Below the pieces are notes generated by a model. The model was given only the letters and a program-made list of their open reading frames with translations, searched no databases and had not been told where the DNA came from. The position numbers and the translations under genes were made by a program. A stretch of 13,119 nucleotides of DNA from Promethearchaeota archaeon. GTDB taxonomy: Archaea > Asgardarchaeota > Thorarchaeia > Thorarchaeales > Thorarchaeaceae. Shown here piece by piece: positions 1-7,209 of this stretch (position 1 is the stretch's first letter; each line of letters begins with the position of its first letter). The stretch is taken from contig JALVPN010000116.1 of NCBI GenBank assembly GCA_027031765.1, forward strand, positions 1-13,119. Direction: 5' to 3'.

Positions 1-7
1 GCTGTAA

Positions 8-349
8 TCATTGCGTACTTCCCTCTACTTGTTCCTTTGCGATGCGGGCGAATGCATTGGCGAACTCTTCAAACGTCTTGGGTGGAACCCGTAACCTTAC
101 CAGAATCCTCCGTACGATTTGTTGTGGACCAGAGTAGGCCCTCTCGGCCTCGCTGCGTTTCTGACCATCTTTCTCGTAGATTACCTCTCCGCGGATTGGG
201 TCAACAGGCTCATCGATGTAGAACTCAAGAATCGTGTGATACGGTGTCCGTATGATTCGAGCCCCACTGGCATCGAACGTGGGCAACTCCTCAGGCCGTA
301 AATATTCAATTCTGATGACTGGCCTTTCTTCGTTCGCCTGCTCGCTCAT
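8..349 (-). CDS. Small DUF3467-like protein (113 aa)
   Basis: ORF 8..406, with the likelier start at ATG 349 (MSEQANEE). The pattern TFDASGARIIRTPYHTILEFY ... RILVRLRVPPKTFEEFANAF resembles DUF3467 (strand, TPx turn, EF, strand, RxxxPP, C-terminal helix). Coding is likely; the family call is by eye. Confidence 0.65.
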   Translation of the reverse strand: MSEQANEERPVIRIEYLRPEELPTFDASGARIIRTPYHTILEFYIDEPVDPIRGEVIYEKDGQKRSEAERAYSGPQQIVRRILVRLRVPPKTFEEFANAFARIAKEQVEGSTQ

Positions 350-542
350 CCGGGGCTCACTTCGGACAGGTTCCTTTGAGAACCATGCAAGGCTCATCCT
401 AATCAAGCTTTCGTGATGGTGACCTGTGCGGAACGTTCAGAGGGATAGAATGCCCTTGTAGCTGTTAGGTGGAAAGTCAATCATTGGCGAGCCCTCGGGA
501 ACACTCCTTGCAGGTCACACTCTTGGGACTACCGGGTGATTT

Positions 543-652
543 CTGGGTGGCCGCGTCCTGCGTATGTGTGAAACTGTGATACAATTGCAAGGGGGGCTCT
601 ATTATGGTGGACTCTGCTGCGGGCCTTCAGACTGGGTGGCCATGTCCTTGCG
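543..652. repeat. Imperfect ~20-bp direct repeat, two copies (543-562 and 632-652)
   Basis: CTGGGTGGCCgcGTCCT-GCG versus CTGGGTGGCCatGTCCTtGCG: 10 identical bases, 2 mismatches, GTCCT, one indel, GCG. Starts are 89 nt apart in non-coding DNA. Confidence 0.55.
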
Positions 653-800
653 CCGAGCGAGCCCCGATGCGAGTGTCATGATTGACGGCAAGCCTGTCTG
701 TTGCTCCTCACGGGCCGGGTTCTCGCGGGACTCGACGTACAAGTACCTAGTGAATACAGCCCTCTCTCAGTGGGGTCTTCTGGTCTGGCAAAACCGTGAC

Positions 801-817
801 CAAAAGCCTCTTAATTG
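801..817 (+). promoter_or_regulatory. Putative archaeal BRE/TATA-like promoter for the 870 gene
   Basis: CAAAAG (801-806) followed by CTTAAT (810-815). The C at 810 lies 60 nt upstream of ATG 870. Confidence 0.45.
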
Positions 818-869
818 GTGAATCTCCCGGCCCTTGTTTGCAAATGGTCGTCCGAGTTGGGAGCCGAAG

Positions 870-2591
870 ATGGCACGAGAGAGCCTTGAGAAAGAACTCC
901 AGCACATGTTCCGAGAGGACATCATTGCAGCGTGTCAGTACTGGGGTGTAGACCTGAGCAGTGCCCCCTCCGGAGAAGACCTGACGCAGCTCCTTGCCGA
1001 GAGGATGCGCGACCCGGAGATGCGGGCCCGTGTGTTCGCCACATTCACCGACCGTGAGACCGACCTCCTCGGCATGCTCACGCTCAACGGTGGCGCGATG
1101 TCGTACGACAAGCTGAAGCCCTTCAGGAAGATATACAGCCACGGCCAGCTCAACCAGACAGTGCGGGACCTGCGGAAGAAGGGCATCGTTGTCAGGAGGA
1201 TGATGTCCCGCGTCACCGAGTTCGGCCGCGAGACGGCCGAGTTCAAGGTCATCGACTTCTTCATGCCACACCTCATAGCACACTTCTCGGCAAAGCCGAC
1301 TCCCAGACCAGACCCGCCCAGACGCGTCAAGAAGTTCGTTGACTACAGGGACACGTTGCTCCTCGACATGCTCATCCTCGTCTCATATGTCGCAAAGAAC
1401 GAGGTCAAGATGACCAGCAGCTGGGAGTTCCCACGGCGCGAGGCCGACCGTATCAGGGAGCATATGTCCACACCCACTGAGGAACGCTTCGAGACCGTCC
1501 AGCGCCTCGCACGCAAGGCCGGTGTGTATACGATTGTGGAAGACGACCGTGTAATACCTTCAAAGGTCGAACAGTTGTTTGCCGGCAGGCAGGAGCATGT
1601 GACCCGCCGCTTGCTGCTGTCCACCCTCGGCCGCACGCGCGCAATATGGGCCACCCCGGACCAGCCCACCGAGTACACCATGAACCTCGTCGTCTGTAGA
1701 CTGCGTGAGAGCTCCACAGACCAGTGGATCTCTATCGAGGAGATGAAGGCGTGGGTACGCAGTGAGCTGTTCATTGAGCGTGAGCCGCTGAAGTGGATTC
1801 AGGTCGACGAGGAGCGTGTGCGGATGGCCCTGGAAGTGCCGGTCCTCCTCGGCCTTGTGGAGGCGGCATACAAGGGCAAGAAGCTCGTCGCAGTCCGGTT
1901 GACTGACCTCGGTGACCGCGTCATCAACCAGCGCGACGGCAACGGCCCGTCAGGTGATACCTTCATTGTCCTGCCAAACTTTGAGATCACAGTGTTCTCG
2001 ACCGAGATGGACTACGCCAGCCTGTACAGGCTAATGCTCTTTACTGAACCCGTCAGGATTGATGTCGTCAGCACCTTCCGCATCACCGACTCATCGGTCT
2101 TTGAGGCCACCAAACTGGGCCTTCGGGACAGGGACATAGTCGAGTTCCTCGAACGCGAGAGCTCAAAACCGGTACCGAAGAACGTCCTGCGTTCCATCCG
2201 GGACTGGGCCACACAGACCACATTCGCCACGGTCTCAGAGGTGACACTGTTTGAGACCGAGTCTGAGCGGGACCTCGAAGACCTGATGTTCCTCGACGAG
2301 TTCAAGCAGTTCGTGGTGCGCCAGGTGGGCCCGCGGGCAGTGGTCGTGTCAGCTGACCTGAGCACCCTGACTGAGGCCCTCCACCCGCACAAGGTGAACG
2401 TTTCCGGGCCGCAAATGGACATCACAGGGGTGCTGCAGACCACCGCCCCGTCCACAGAGCCCCTCCTCGTCCAGAACGACCACCATGACCCGAACGTCCC
2501 CGAGGCATGTGTGGGCTGTCCTGCCCTGCAGTCATGCAACAGGGTGCTGCGCCGCAAGGCCAGGGGGACGAGGGGGCCCCGGTCACAGTGA
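870..2591 (+). CDS. Helicase-associated domain protein (Helicase_C_3 / XPB-N / Tfb2-like; no helicase motor), 573 aa
   Basis: FIVLPNFEITV...LYRLMLFTE...STFRITDSSVFEATKLGL...IVEFLERESSKPVPKNVLRSIRDW (about 1962-2219) matches the Helicase_C_3 pattern. Helical/winged-helix-like N-terminal part. No Walker A or DExH motif seen. C-terminal CVGCPALQSC. ATG 870 is preferred over TTG 834 on promoter spacing. Confidence 0.8.
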   Translation: MARESLEKELQHMFREDIIAACQYWGVDLSSAPSGEDLTQLLAERMRDPEMRARVFATFTDRETDLLGMLTLNGGAMSYDKLKPFRKIYSHGQLNQTVRDLRKKGIVVRRMMSRVTEFGRETAEFKVIDFFMPHLIAHFSAKPTPRPDPPRRVKKFVDYRDTLLLDMLILVSYVAKNEVKMTSSWEFPRREADRIREHMSTPTEERFETVQRLARKAGVYTIVEDDRVIPSKVEQLFAGRQEHVTRRLLLSTLGRTRAIWATPDQPTEYTMNLVVCRLRESSTDQWISIEEMKAWVRSELFIEREPLKWIQVDEERVRMALEVPVLLGLVEAAYKGKKLVAVRLTDLGDRVINQRDGNGPSGDTFIVLPNFEITVFSTEMDYASLYRLMLFTEPVRIDVVSTFRITDSSVFEATKLGLRDRDIVEFLERESSKPVPKNVLRSIRDWATQTTFATVSEVTLFETESERDLEDLMFLDEFKQFVVRQVGPRAVVVSADLSTLTEALHPHKVNVSGPQMDITGVLQTTAPSTEPLLVQNDHHDPNVPEACVGCPALQSCNRVLRRKARGTRGPRSQ

Positions 2592-3619
2592 CCCGGGTGT
2601 TGCCCCCAGAACTGGCGGGGGAGTTCTTTGGTGTCGGCAGCGTGGGCGAACGCAGTCCGGATGCGCCCCTTGAATACGTGTCCCGGTTGCCACTACCGTA
2701 TGTCTACCAGCTCCCAACGGATGCGGAGGACATGATCCGTCAGTTCGCCTGCCTTGTGGACGGCTTTGAGGAGGAGGACACGTACACCCTCGATGTCGAC
2801 ATGGCCGTTTACCGGGATGTGACCGAGGGCGACTCGCCACTCCTTCCCGACCCGGCCCATGACCATGCGCTGTACGCACTGGTCAGGGACAGACACTACA
2901 GACACCTCAAGACACAGCAGACGGCACCAATGACCATGTGCTTCTCCATCCACAGTAGCGACGGCGCGCAACACGTGTCACTGCACATGCTATACTTCTA
3001 CACGGCGCTCATGAGAAGGGTTGCGGCCGGCCAGTACGAGCACCTCTCTGGACACTGTGACTGGCTCGTACTGTGCCAGGACGACCCGGCCCTCGGCCTC
3101 GTGTTACAGTCGCTTGCCAACCGTGATGTCCCAGGTCTCACCCTGCGCAGGATTGTACAGCTCACGGACTCTGTGTACCCACCGGGTGTGGCCCCGGCAT
3201 TCCACTACTGCGACGACTGGCGTGCTGTGTTGACTGCCGACTGGCACGCCCTCTGGGACGGTCGCCCACGGATTGTACACGTCGACCTGGTCAGTTTTGC
3301 CCCAGAGGTCTCGTCGGAACAGGCAGAGAAGATGAACCACTTCCTCGAACGTGGTGGGGCCATTGCTATGGGAGTGCTCCCCAACGTGGACTCGGCATAC
3401 GCCGCTCCGGTGCGCGATACCCTCCGGCACAACCTGAGCACTTCCCTTGCCGTCATGGTGGAGAGTGGTGTGGACATCGACCTGCTGGCAGAGGCGGCCA
3501 TGGTCTCCACCCAGTGTGGTCTGTCCCGTGCCAGTCCTGAGTTGACCCGTGAAGTCCACCTGCTCGCTGCCGGTCATATCGCCGAGGTCTTTCGGGAGTG
3601 TGTTGTTGCCCTCAGATAG
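2588..3619 (+). CDS. Short MetE-like (cobalamin-independent methionine synthase superfamily) Zn methyltransferase, 343 aa
   Basis: GTG start overlaps the upstream TGA (GTGA, 2588-2591). Motifs in the expected order: GVGS, YQLP..EDMIRQF, KTQQTAP, QDDP, Zn-site H-Y-C (3203-3211), HVD, FLERGGAIAMGVLP, STQCG (Cys 3515-3517). Confidence 0.8.
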   Translation: MTRVLPPELAGEFFGVGSVGERSPDAPLEYVSRLPLPYVYQLPTDAEDMIRQFACLVDGFEEEDTYTLDVDMAVYRDVTEGDSPLLPDPAHDHALYALVRDRHYRHLKTQQTAPMTMCFSIHSSDGAQHVSLHMLYFYTALMRRVAAGQYEHLSGHCDWLVLCQDDPALGLVLQSLANRDVPGLTLRRIVQLTDSVYPPGVAPAFHYCDDWRAVLTADWHALWDGRPRIVHVDLVSFAPEVSSEQAEKMNHFLERGGAIAMGVLPNVDSAYAAPVRDTLRHNLSTSLAVMVESGVDIDLLAEAAMVSTQCGLSRASPELTREVHLLAAGHIAEVFRECVVALR

Positions 3620-3620
3620 G

Positions 3621-3626
3621 CTTAAG
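3621..3626 (+). promoter_or_regulatory. TATA-like box (CTTAAG) upstream of the 3706 membrane protein gene
   Basis: AT-rich hexamer just after the upstream stop, in GC-rich DNA. Same core as the other candidate boxes in the window. Confidence 0.4.
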
Positions 3627-3705
3627 TGCTGAACCTTCGTCGCCGACGCCACTCACACGGACGGTGCATGACGTGGGAGATGAGAACAGGGAACCTGGTC
3701 CTATC

Positions 3706-4503
3706 ATGAAGTTCATCCAAGAGTACCGCTTCAAGATGCTCATCCCAGAACTGCTTGTTGTCTTCGGCCTCTGGTACCTCGCACCCGAGTCGCTCCTCCC
3801 GGGGAGTGCGGGTAACATGTACCGCTCCTTCGGTCTTCTGGGCCTGCTGTGCCAGCCACTCTGGTCCGTCCCGAGCGGTGTCCTTGCCCTTGTCACAGCC
3901 TTCACGCTCCACGGGATATACCCGATGGACAACTATCACGAGGGAAAGATACCAGAACTGCCACGGGGTGCCATCATCCTCGTCCTCGTATCGTTCCTCC
4001 TGCTGCCACTCCTGGTCACCATGCAGATGATTGGATACTTCATGACGGAGGCCACAGAGTACATCAAGAGATCCCCGTTCTGGGAACGCGTCGAGAGCCT
4101 AGGTGACCTCCTCTTCTATGCCGGCCCGGTGTTCTTTGTCGGCCTCCAGTGGTGGCTCCTCGTACCCGTGTTCTTCCTGAGCCAGGCCGTGGACGGCATC
4201 CATAAGATTGCACACCACGAGACCGCAAGCGAGCCGATAACCGCGGTCTTCTACTTCCTGTGGCCCGTGACAATCCCGTTGTTCTTCGACCCCATCGAGG
4301 TCATGGCGATGGCCGCACTGTCAATCCCGGCCTTTGCCTTCTACTCGTACATCCGCCCCTACTATACCTATGTGACGGCCGTCCACACACTGACCTTTGC
4401 CCTCTTGGTCGTGGCCACCATGTTCCTGTACCCGTACATGCCACTACTGAACACGCTGATGGGCCCGGGATGGCGGCCGCCGCCACCTGACCCCTGGTGG
4501 TGA
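3706..4503 (+). CDS. Uncharacterised polytopic membrane protein (about 7-8 TM, 265 aa)
   Basis: Long ORF with alternating hydrophobic segments, ending GWRPPPPDPWW. ATG 3706 chosen; in-frame GTG 3664 or 3673 are possible starts. The ORF-track start at 3598 overlaps the upstream gene and its promoter. Confidence 0.8.
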   Translation: MKFIQEYRFKMLIPELLVVFGLWYLAPESLLPGSAGNMYRSFGLLGLLCQPLWSVPSGVLALVTAFTLHGIYPMDNYHEGKIPELPRGAIILVLVSFLLLPLLVTMQMIGYFMTEATEYIKRSPFWERVESLGDLLFYAGPVFFVGLQWWLLVPVFFLSQAVDGIHKIAHHETASEPITAVFYFLWPVTIPLFFDPIEVMAMAALSIPAFAFYSYIRPYYTYVTAVHTLTFALLVVATMFLYPYMPLLNTLMGPGWRPPPPDPWW

Positions 4504-4596
4504 GCAGCAGTCGGGTCGCCGCCCCCAACATTGCCATCTACTGTCCGCTATGCGTGTTACAGCGCTCCCCAGTCCCCCCGGCACCAGCAAGTGCCC

Positions 4597-4905
4597 TCAC
4601 CGGGCGTAGGTCGGCTTGCGCGTGGCGACCTCCTCGTCCTCCTCACGCAGCTTGTGCTGGAATGGCCTGCCCTGTCCATATATCGCAGGGTCCACCCCGT
4701 GCGTCTTGACCATGATCACTCCGAGACCTACCGTCTGGACCACAACGGAGACCGCACCGATGACAAAGACTGCAAGAAAGTACTCGTGTGTGGGTGCGGT
4801 GGCGAATAGCTGCAGTGCCCATATCGTCGGGTAGGCAATGGCCTGGACCACAATACCGGCTACGAGCATCATGACCCACTTGTTAGTCCAGTTTGGCGAC
4901 ATCAT
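4597..4905 (-). CDS. Small 2-TM hypothetical membrane protein (about 102 aa)
   Basis: Two hydrophobic segments (WVMMLVAGIVVQAIAYPTIWAL; YFLAVFVIGAVSVVVQTVGLGVIMV) and a charged tail. Start placed at ATG 4905/4902 because a CTTTAAT box sits about 60 nt upstream. Alternative start is ATG 4974, preceded by GAGG. Confidence 0.65.
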   Translation of the reverse strand: MMSPNWTNKWVMMLVAGIVVQAIAYPTIWALQLFATAPTHEYFLAVFVIGAVSVVVQTVGLGVIMVKTHGVDPAIYGQGRPFQHKLREEDEEVATRKPTYAR

Positions 4906-4956
4906 CTTGACACTTCCGCGGTCGTCACACTCGGCCGGGCCGGACACAACTCCACA

Positions 4957-4963
4957 ATTAAAG
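4957..4963 (-). promoter_or_regulatory. TATA-like box (CTTTAAT) for the small membrane protein
   Basis: Identical heptamer to the box upstream of the malic enzyme gene, with similar spacing (58-61 nt) to ATG 4905/4902. Confidence 0.4.
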
Positions 4964-4983
4964 GTGCCTATCATGTCCTCTGC

Positions 4984-5063
4984 ACCTGACCACTGAAGTC
5001 AGGTCTATGAGGGGTCTTGCGGGTGGTGGCCGTCCCGCACAGGTCGGGCACTCAGGCGTGCCC
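4984..5063 (-). other. Three consecutive intergenic stem-loops downstream of the paralog trio (possible terminator or stability element)
   Basis: Inverted repeats ACCTGAC/GTCAGGT (4984-5004), TGCGGG/CCCGCA (5018-5039) and GGGCAC/GTGCCC (5046-5063). Confidence 0.35.
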
Positions 5064-5105
5064 ACTGTCCCGCACCCACATGTGGTGGCTTGACGTTGGA
5101 CTCCC

Positions 5106-6158
5106 CTACTGGCCGACCCCGCCTGTCCCACCCGTCCTGACCAGAAGTTTCATCTCCCTCACGAGGGCCACAGTGAGCGTTTCGAACATCGACTCGGTGA
5201 TGGTCGGCACACTCCTCGTCCTCTTCGGGATATCATACCGCGCCACGATGACCGTGACATCGTCGTCTGTGGAGAACTCCGCTATGCCCGAGTACTTGTC
5301 CCTGCATATGACCCGCCTCTCCTCAGTGACTGGTGGGCCCTTGTATATTGTCCCGACAAGATATGGGTAGTCGAAGCCCGAGTGAGTGACCAACAGCTTG
5401 ATCTTGGCGGTGCCCGGGAGCCCCTCCACTGTAGCGACCACCTCGGCGTCGCGTATCACAGAAAGCTCCCCTCTCCTTGCCAGGGTCGCCTCCACGAACA
5501 CATCAACACCATCGACTCTGTCCAGCACGCCACCGTACTTGAGGAGGGCACCCCGTGGCGCCGGGGAAACCTCCATCTCTTTGTCTACTTTTGTGGCCCT
5601 GTACGCGCTCATGAATGCGAGTAGGGAGGCCGTGCAGGCCGCAATTGAGAAGACAACTGCAGTGTCCACCTCGACACTTATCAGTGGCCTGCCGTACGTG
5701 ATGCTCATGGCGAGGAGGCCCAAGGCCACAACTATCACTATGACCCCGGTGCAACACCCGCCACACCCAACTCCTGAGGTCTCGAGCAGCCCGCGGTACG
5801 CGTCCTCATAGGCACTGGCCATCTCCTCGTACTGTCTGAGGGGTACTTTCACCTTCTGTGTCTTCCACTCATCCGATATGATGTCGACCGCTCTCTTCGA
5901 GGCCACGCCGAAGATGACGGACAGGAATAACAGTGTGACTGGCAACCACACGAACACAAGGAGTACGTTATCTCCCGTTATCCCTGACACCACGATGAGA
6001 TAGTCCATGAATGCAACAGTTGCCAGCATTGTAGCCACGTACAGCCTGATGACCACGCGTTGTTTAGAGGTGTCGACCACTTGCTGTGTGTCACTCAATC
6101 GACGTCCACATCCGCGTACTGTCAGTGACCGAGGTGTGATAAGCTCATCGTCAGCCAC
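5106..6158 (-). CDS. 4-TM membrane protein, paralog C of a tandem trio (unknown family)
   Basis: Two TM, a ~45-aa loop with K-x9-W-x18-Y-x3-Y-x2-L, two TM, then a beta-rich soluble domain with R-x9-GLxGxAKI. Start uncertain: GTG 6158, or TTG 6098 (MSDTQQ), which matches the N-terminal length of the paralogs better. Confidence 0.85.
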   Translation of the reverse strand: MADDELITPRSLTVRGCGRRLSDTQQVVDTSKQRVVIRLYVATMLATVAFMDYLIVVSGITGDNVLLVFVWLPVTLLFLSVIFGVASKRAVDIISDEWKTQKVKVPLRQYEEMASAYEDAYRGLLETSGVGCGGCCTGVIVIVVALGLLAMSITYGRPLISVEVDTAVVFSIAACTASLLAFMSAYRATKVDKEMEVSPAPRGALLKYGGVLDRVDGVDVFVEATLARRGELSVIRDAEVVATVEGLPGTAKIKLLVTHSGFDYPYLVGTIYKGPPVTEERRVICRDKYSGIAEFSTDDDVTVIVARYDIPKRTRSVPTITESMFETLTVALVREMKLLVRTGGTGGVGQ

Positions 6159-6227
6159 GGTGGGCCCCCAGTGCTCGTGCTGCGGGCCCGCATATTCTCA
6201 GAGTGCCGTACTGACCCCCAGTCCGCC

Positions 6228-7184
6228 CTATACGGGACTGGCGTCCTGTCGCTCCTCTGCAGTGTTGGCCTCCGAGTCCTCCATGCCTGCCGTCACCTCG
6301 GCTAGGACCTCTTCCAATAACATGTCCCGGCCCTTCTCCTCCATGTACTCTTGGAGGGCCCAGACAATGAGGCCACGCAACGCATCCACTGTGGGCGGCC
6401 GTCCACCGGCACCTGCGACCTGTCTGCTATGTTGAGTCCCCTCTGAGACCGTGAGCACTGCCGTTGCCACATCAGGGGCGGCCGGGTCGACCATCACTCT
6501 TGCGACACCCTCAATCCCCTCGATACGGCCCACTGCACGCACCTGCCGGATCTGGTAGTACCCCATAGACTCGGCCAGCTCTACCTCCACACCAGCCCAG
6601 GCGACCCCGGGCACAGATGCCAACAGCTCCACCATGGGGCGTACTCCGCGGGGGCTTATCCACCTGAAGTGACGACTGGCCTCGCTCGGGGCGAGCCTGA
6701 ACACGAACATCGAGTAGAGTATCGCCAGTGGTATCAGGAGCAGTCCGAATGTGTGCGAGGCATACGGTAGGAGGGAGAGGTCCATGGTCATCAAGGGTGG
6801 CACGCTGACGACAAGGGCAGTCATGAGTATGCACAGTAGCAGCAGCATGGGGTCGAGTCTGGAGACAAGGTGTGCGTACTGCCCAGCATACTGCTGTACC
6901 ATCGAGGAGAACTCACCGAGTCCGACCTCTCGGGAGTGTGGCTCCCAGTGTGTGTCCCGCAGGTGTGCCTGCTGCTTCATCCGCCATGCCACCACTGCAG
7001 CAAATACGGCCAACACGCCCACGAACAGGGCACACGTGATAGTCCACCCCACGAGTGAGGCGTGCACCTGCAACAGGACGGTGTCTGCAGTACCAGTACC
7101 GGTCAGTGCAATCAGGAGCGTGCCCACAAAGAGCACCAGGTAGTAAGGCAGCAGCGACTGGTACTCGAGTGGTTCCTCAGACAC
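6228..7184 (-). CDS. 4-TM membrane protein, paralog B of a tandem trio (318 aa)
   Basis: GTG start 25 nt after the stop of paralog A, with AGGAG/GGAG upstream. Same loop motif, plus VPGV...G....R.........GIEGVARV. Confidence 0.85.
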   Translation of the reverse strand: MSEEPLEYQSLLPYYLVLFVGTLLIALTGTGTADTVLLQVHASLVGWTITCALFVGVLAVFAAVVAWRMKQQAHLRDTHWEPHSREVGLGEFSSMVQQYAGQYAHLVSRLDPMLLLLCILMTALVVSVPPLMTMDLSLLPYASHTFGLLLIPLAILYSMFVFRLAPSEASRHFRWISPRGVRPMVELLASVPGVAWAGVEVELAESMGYYQIRQVRAVGRIEGIEGVARVMVDPAAPDVATAVLTVSEGTQHSRQVAGAGGRPPTVDALRGLIVWALQEYMEEKGRDMLLEEVLAEVTAGMEDSEANTAEERQDASPV

Positions 7185-7209
7185 TCGTCACTCCGCTCCT
7201 GGTACCAGG

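Noticed and set aside
419-518. 8-bp inverted repeat GTGACCTG/CAGGTCAC enclosing small hairpins, as a possible ncRNA or riboswitch
   Set aside because: No tRNA, SRP, RNase P, C/D-box or known riboswitch signature; a stem this short is within chance.
476-590. Short - strand frame containing VTCKEC (zinc-finger-like)
   Set aside because: A single CxxC, under 40 codons, weak TTG start.
564-821. 85-aa + strand ORF in the long intergenic gap
   Set aside because: No recognisable motif or RBS, and it runs through the candidate promoter of the 870 gene.
4189-4209. DxxxK (AVDGIHK) in the polytopic membrane protein, suggesting a rhodopsin
   Set aside because: Not in the last helix, followed by a polar loop and further TM segments; no other rhodopsin residues.
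4090-4215. ESLGDLLF and VDGIHKIA resembling CDP-alcohol phosphotransferase or YhhN motifs
   Set aside because: Motif order is reversed relative to CDP-alcohol phosphotransferases, and the YhhN His after the FxxGL segment is absent.
4501-4809. Open frame continuing past the TGA at 4501-4503, as possible selenocysteine or readthrough
   Set aside because: The continuation is antisense to the small membrane gene, and the context is not a redox motif.
7198-7209. Perfect 12-bp palindrome CCTGGTACCAGG between paralogs A and B
   Set aside because: About three such palindromes are expected by chance in 13 kb, and it overlaps the RBS.
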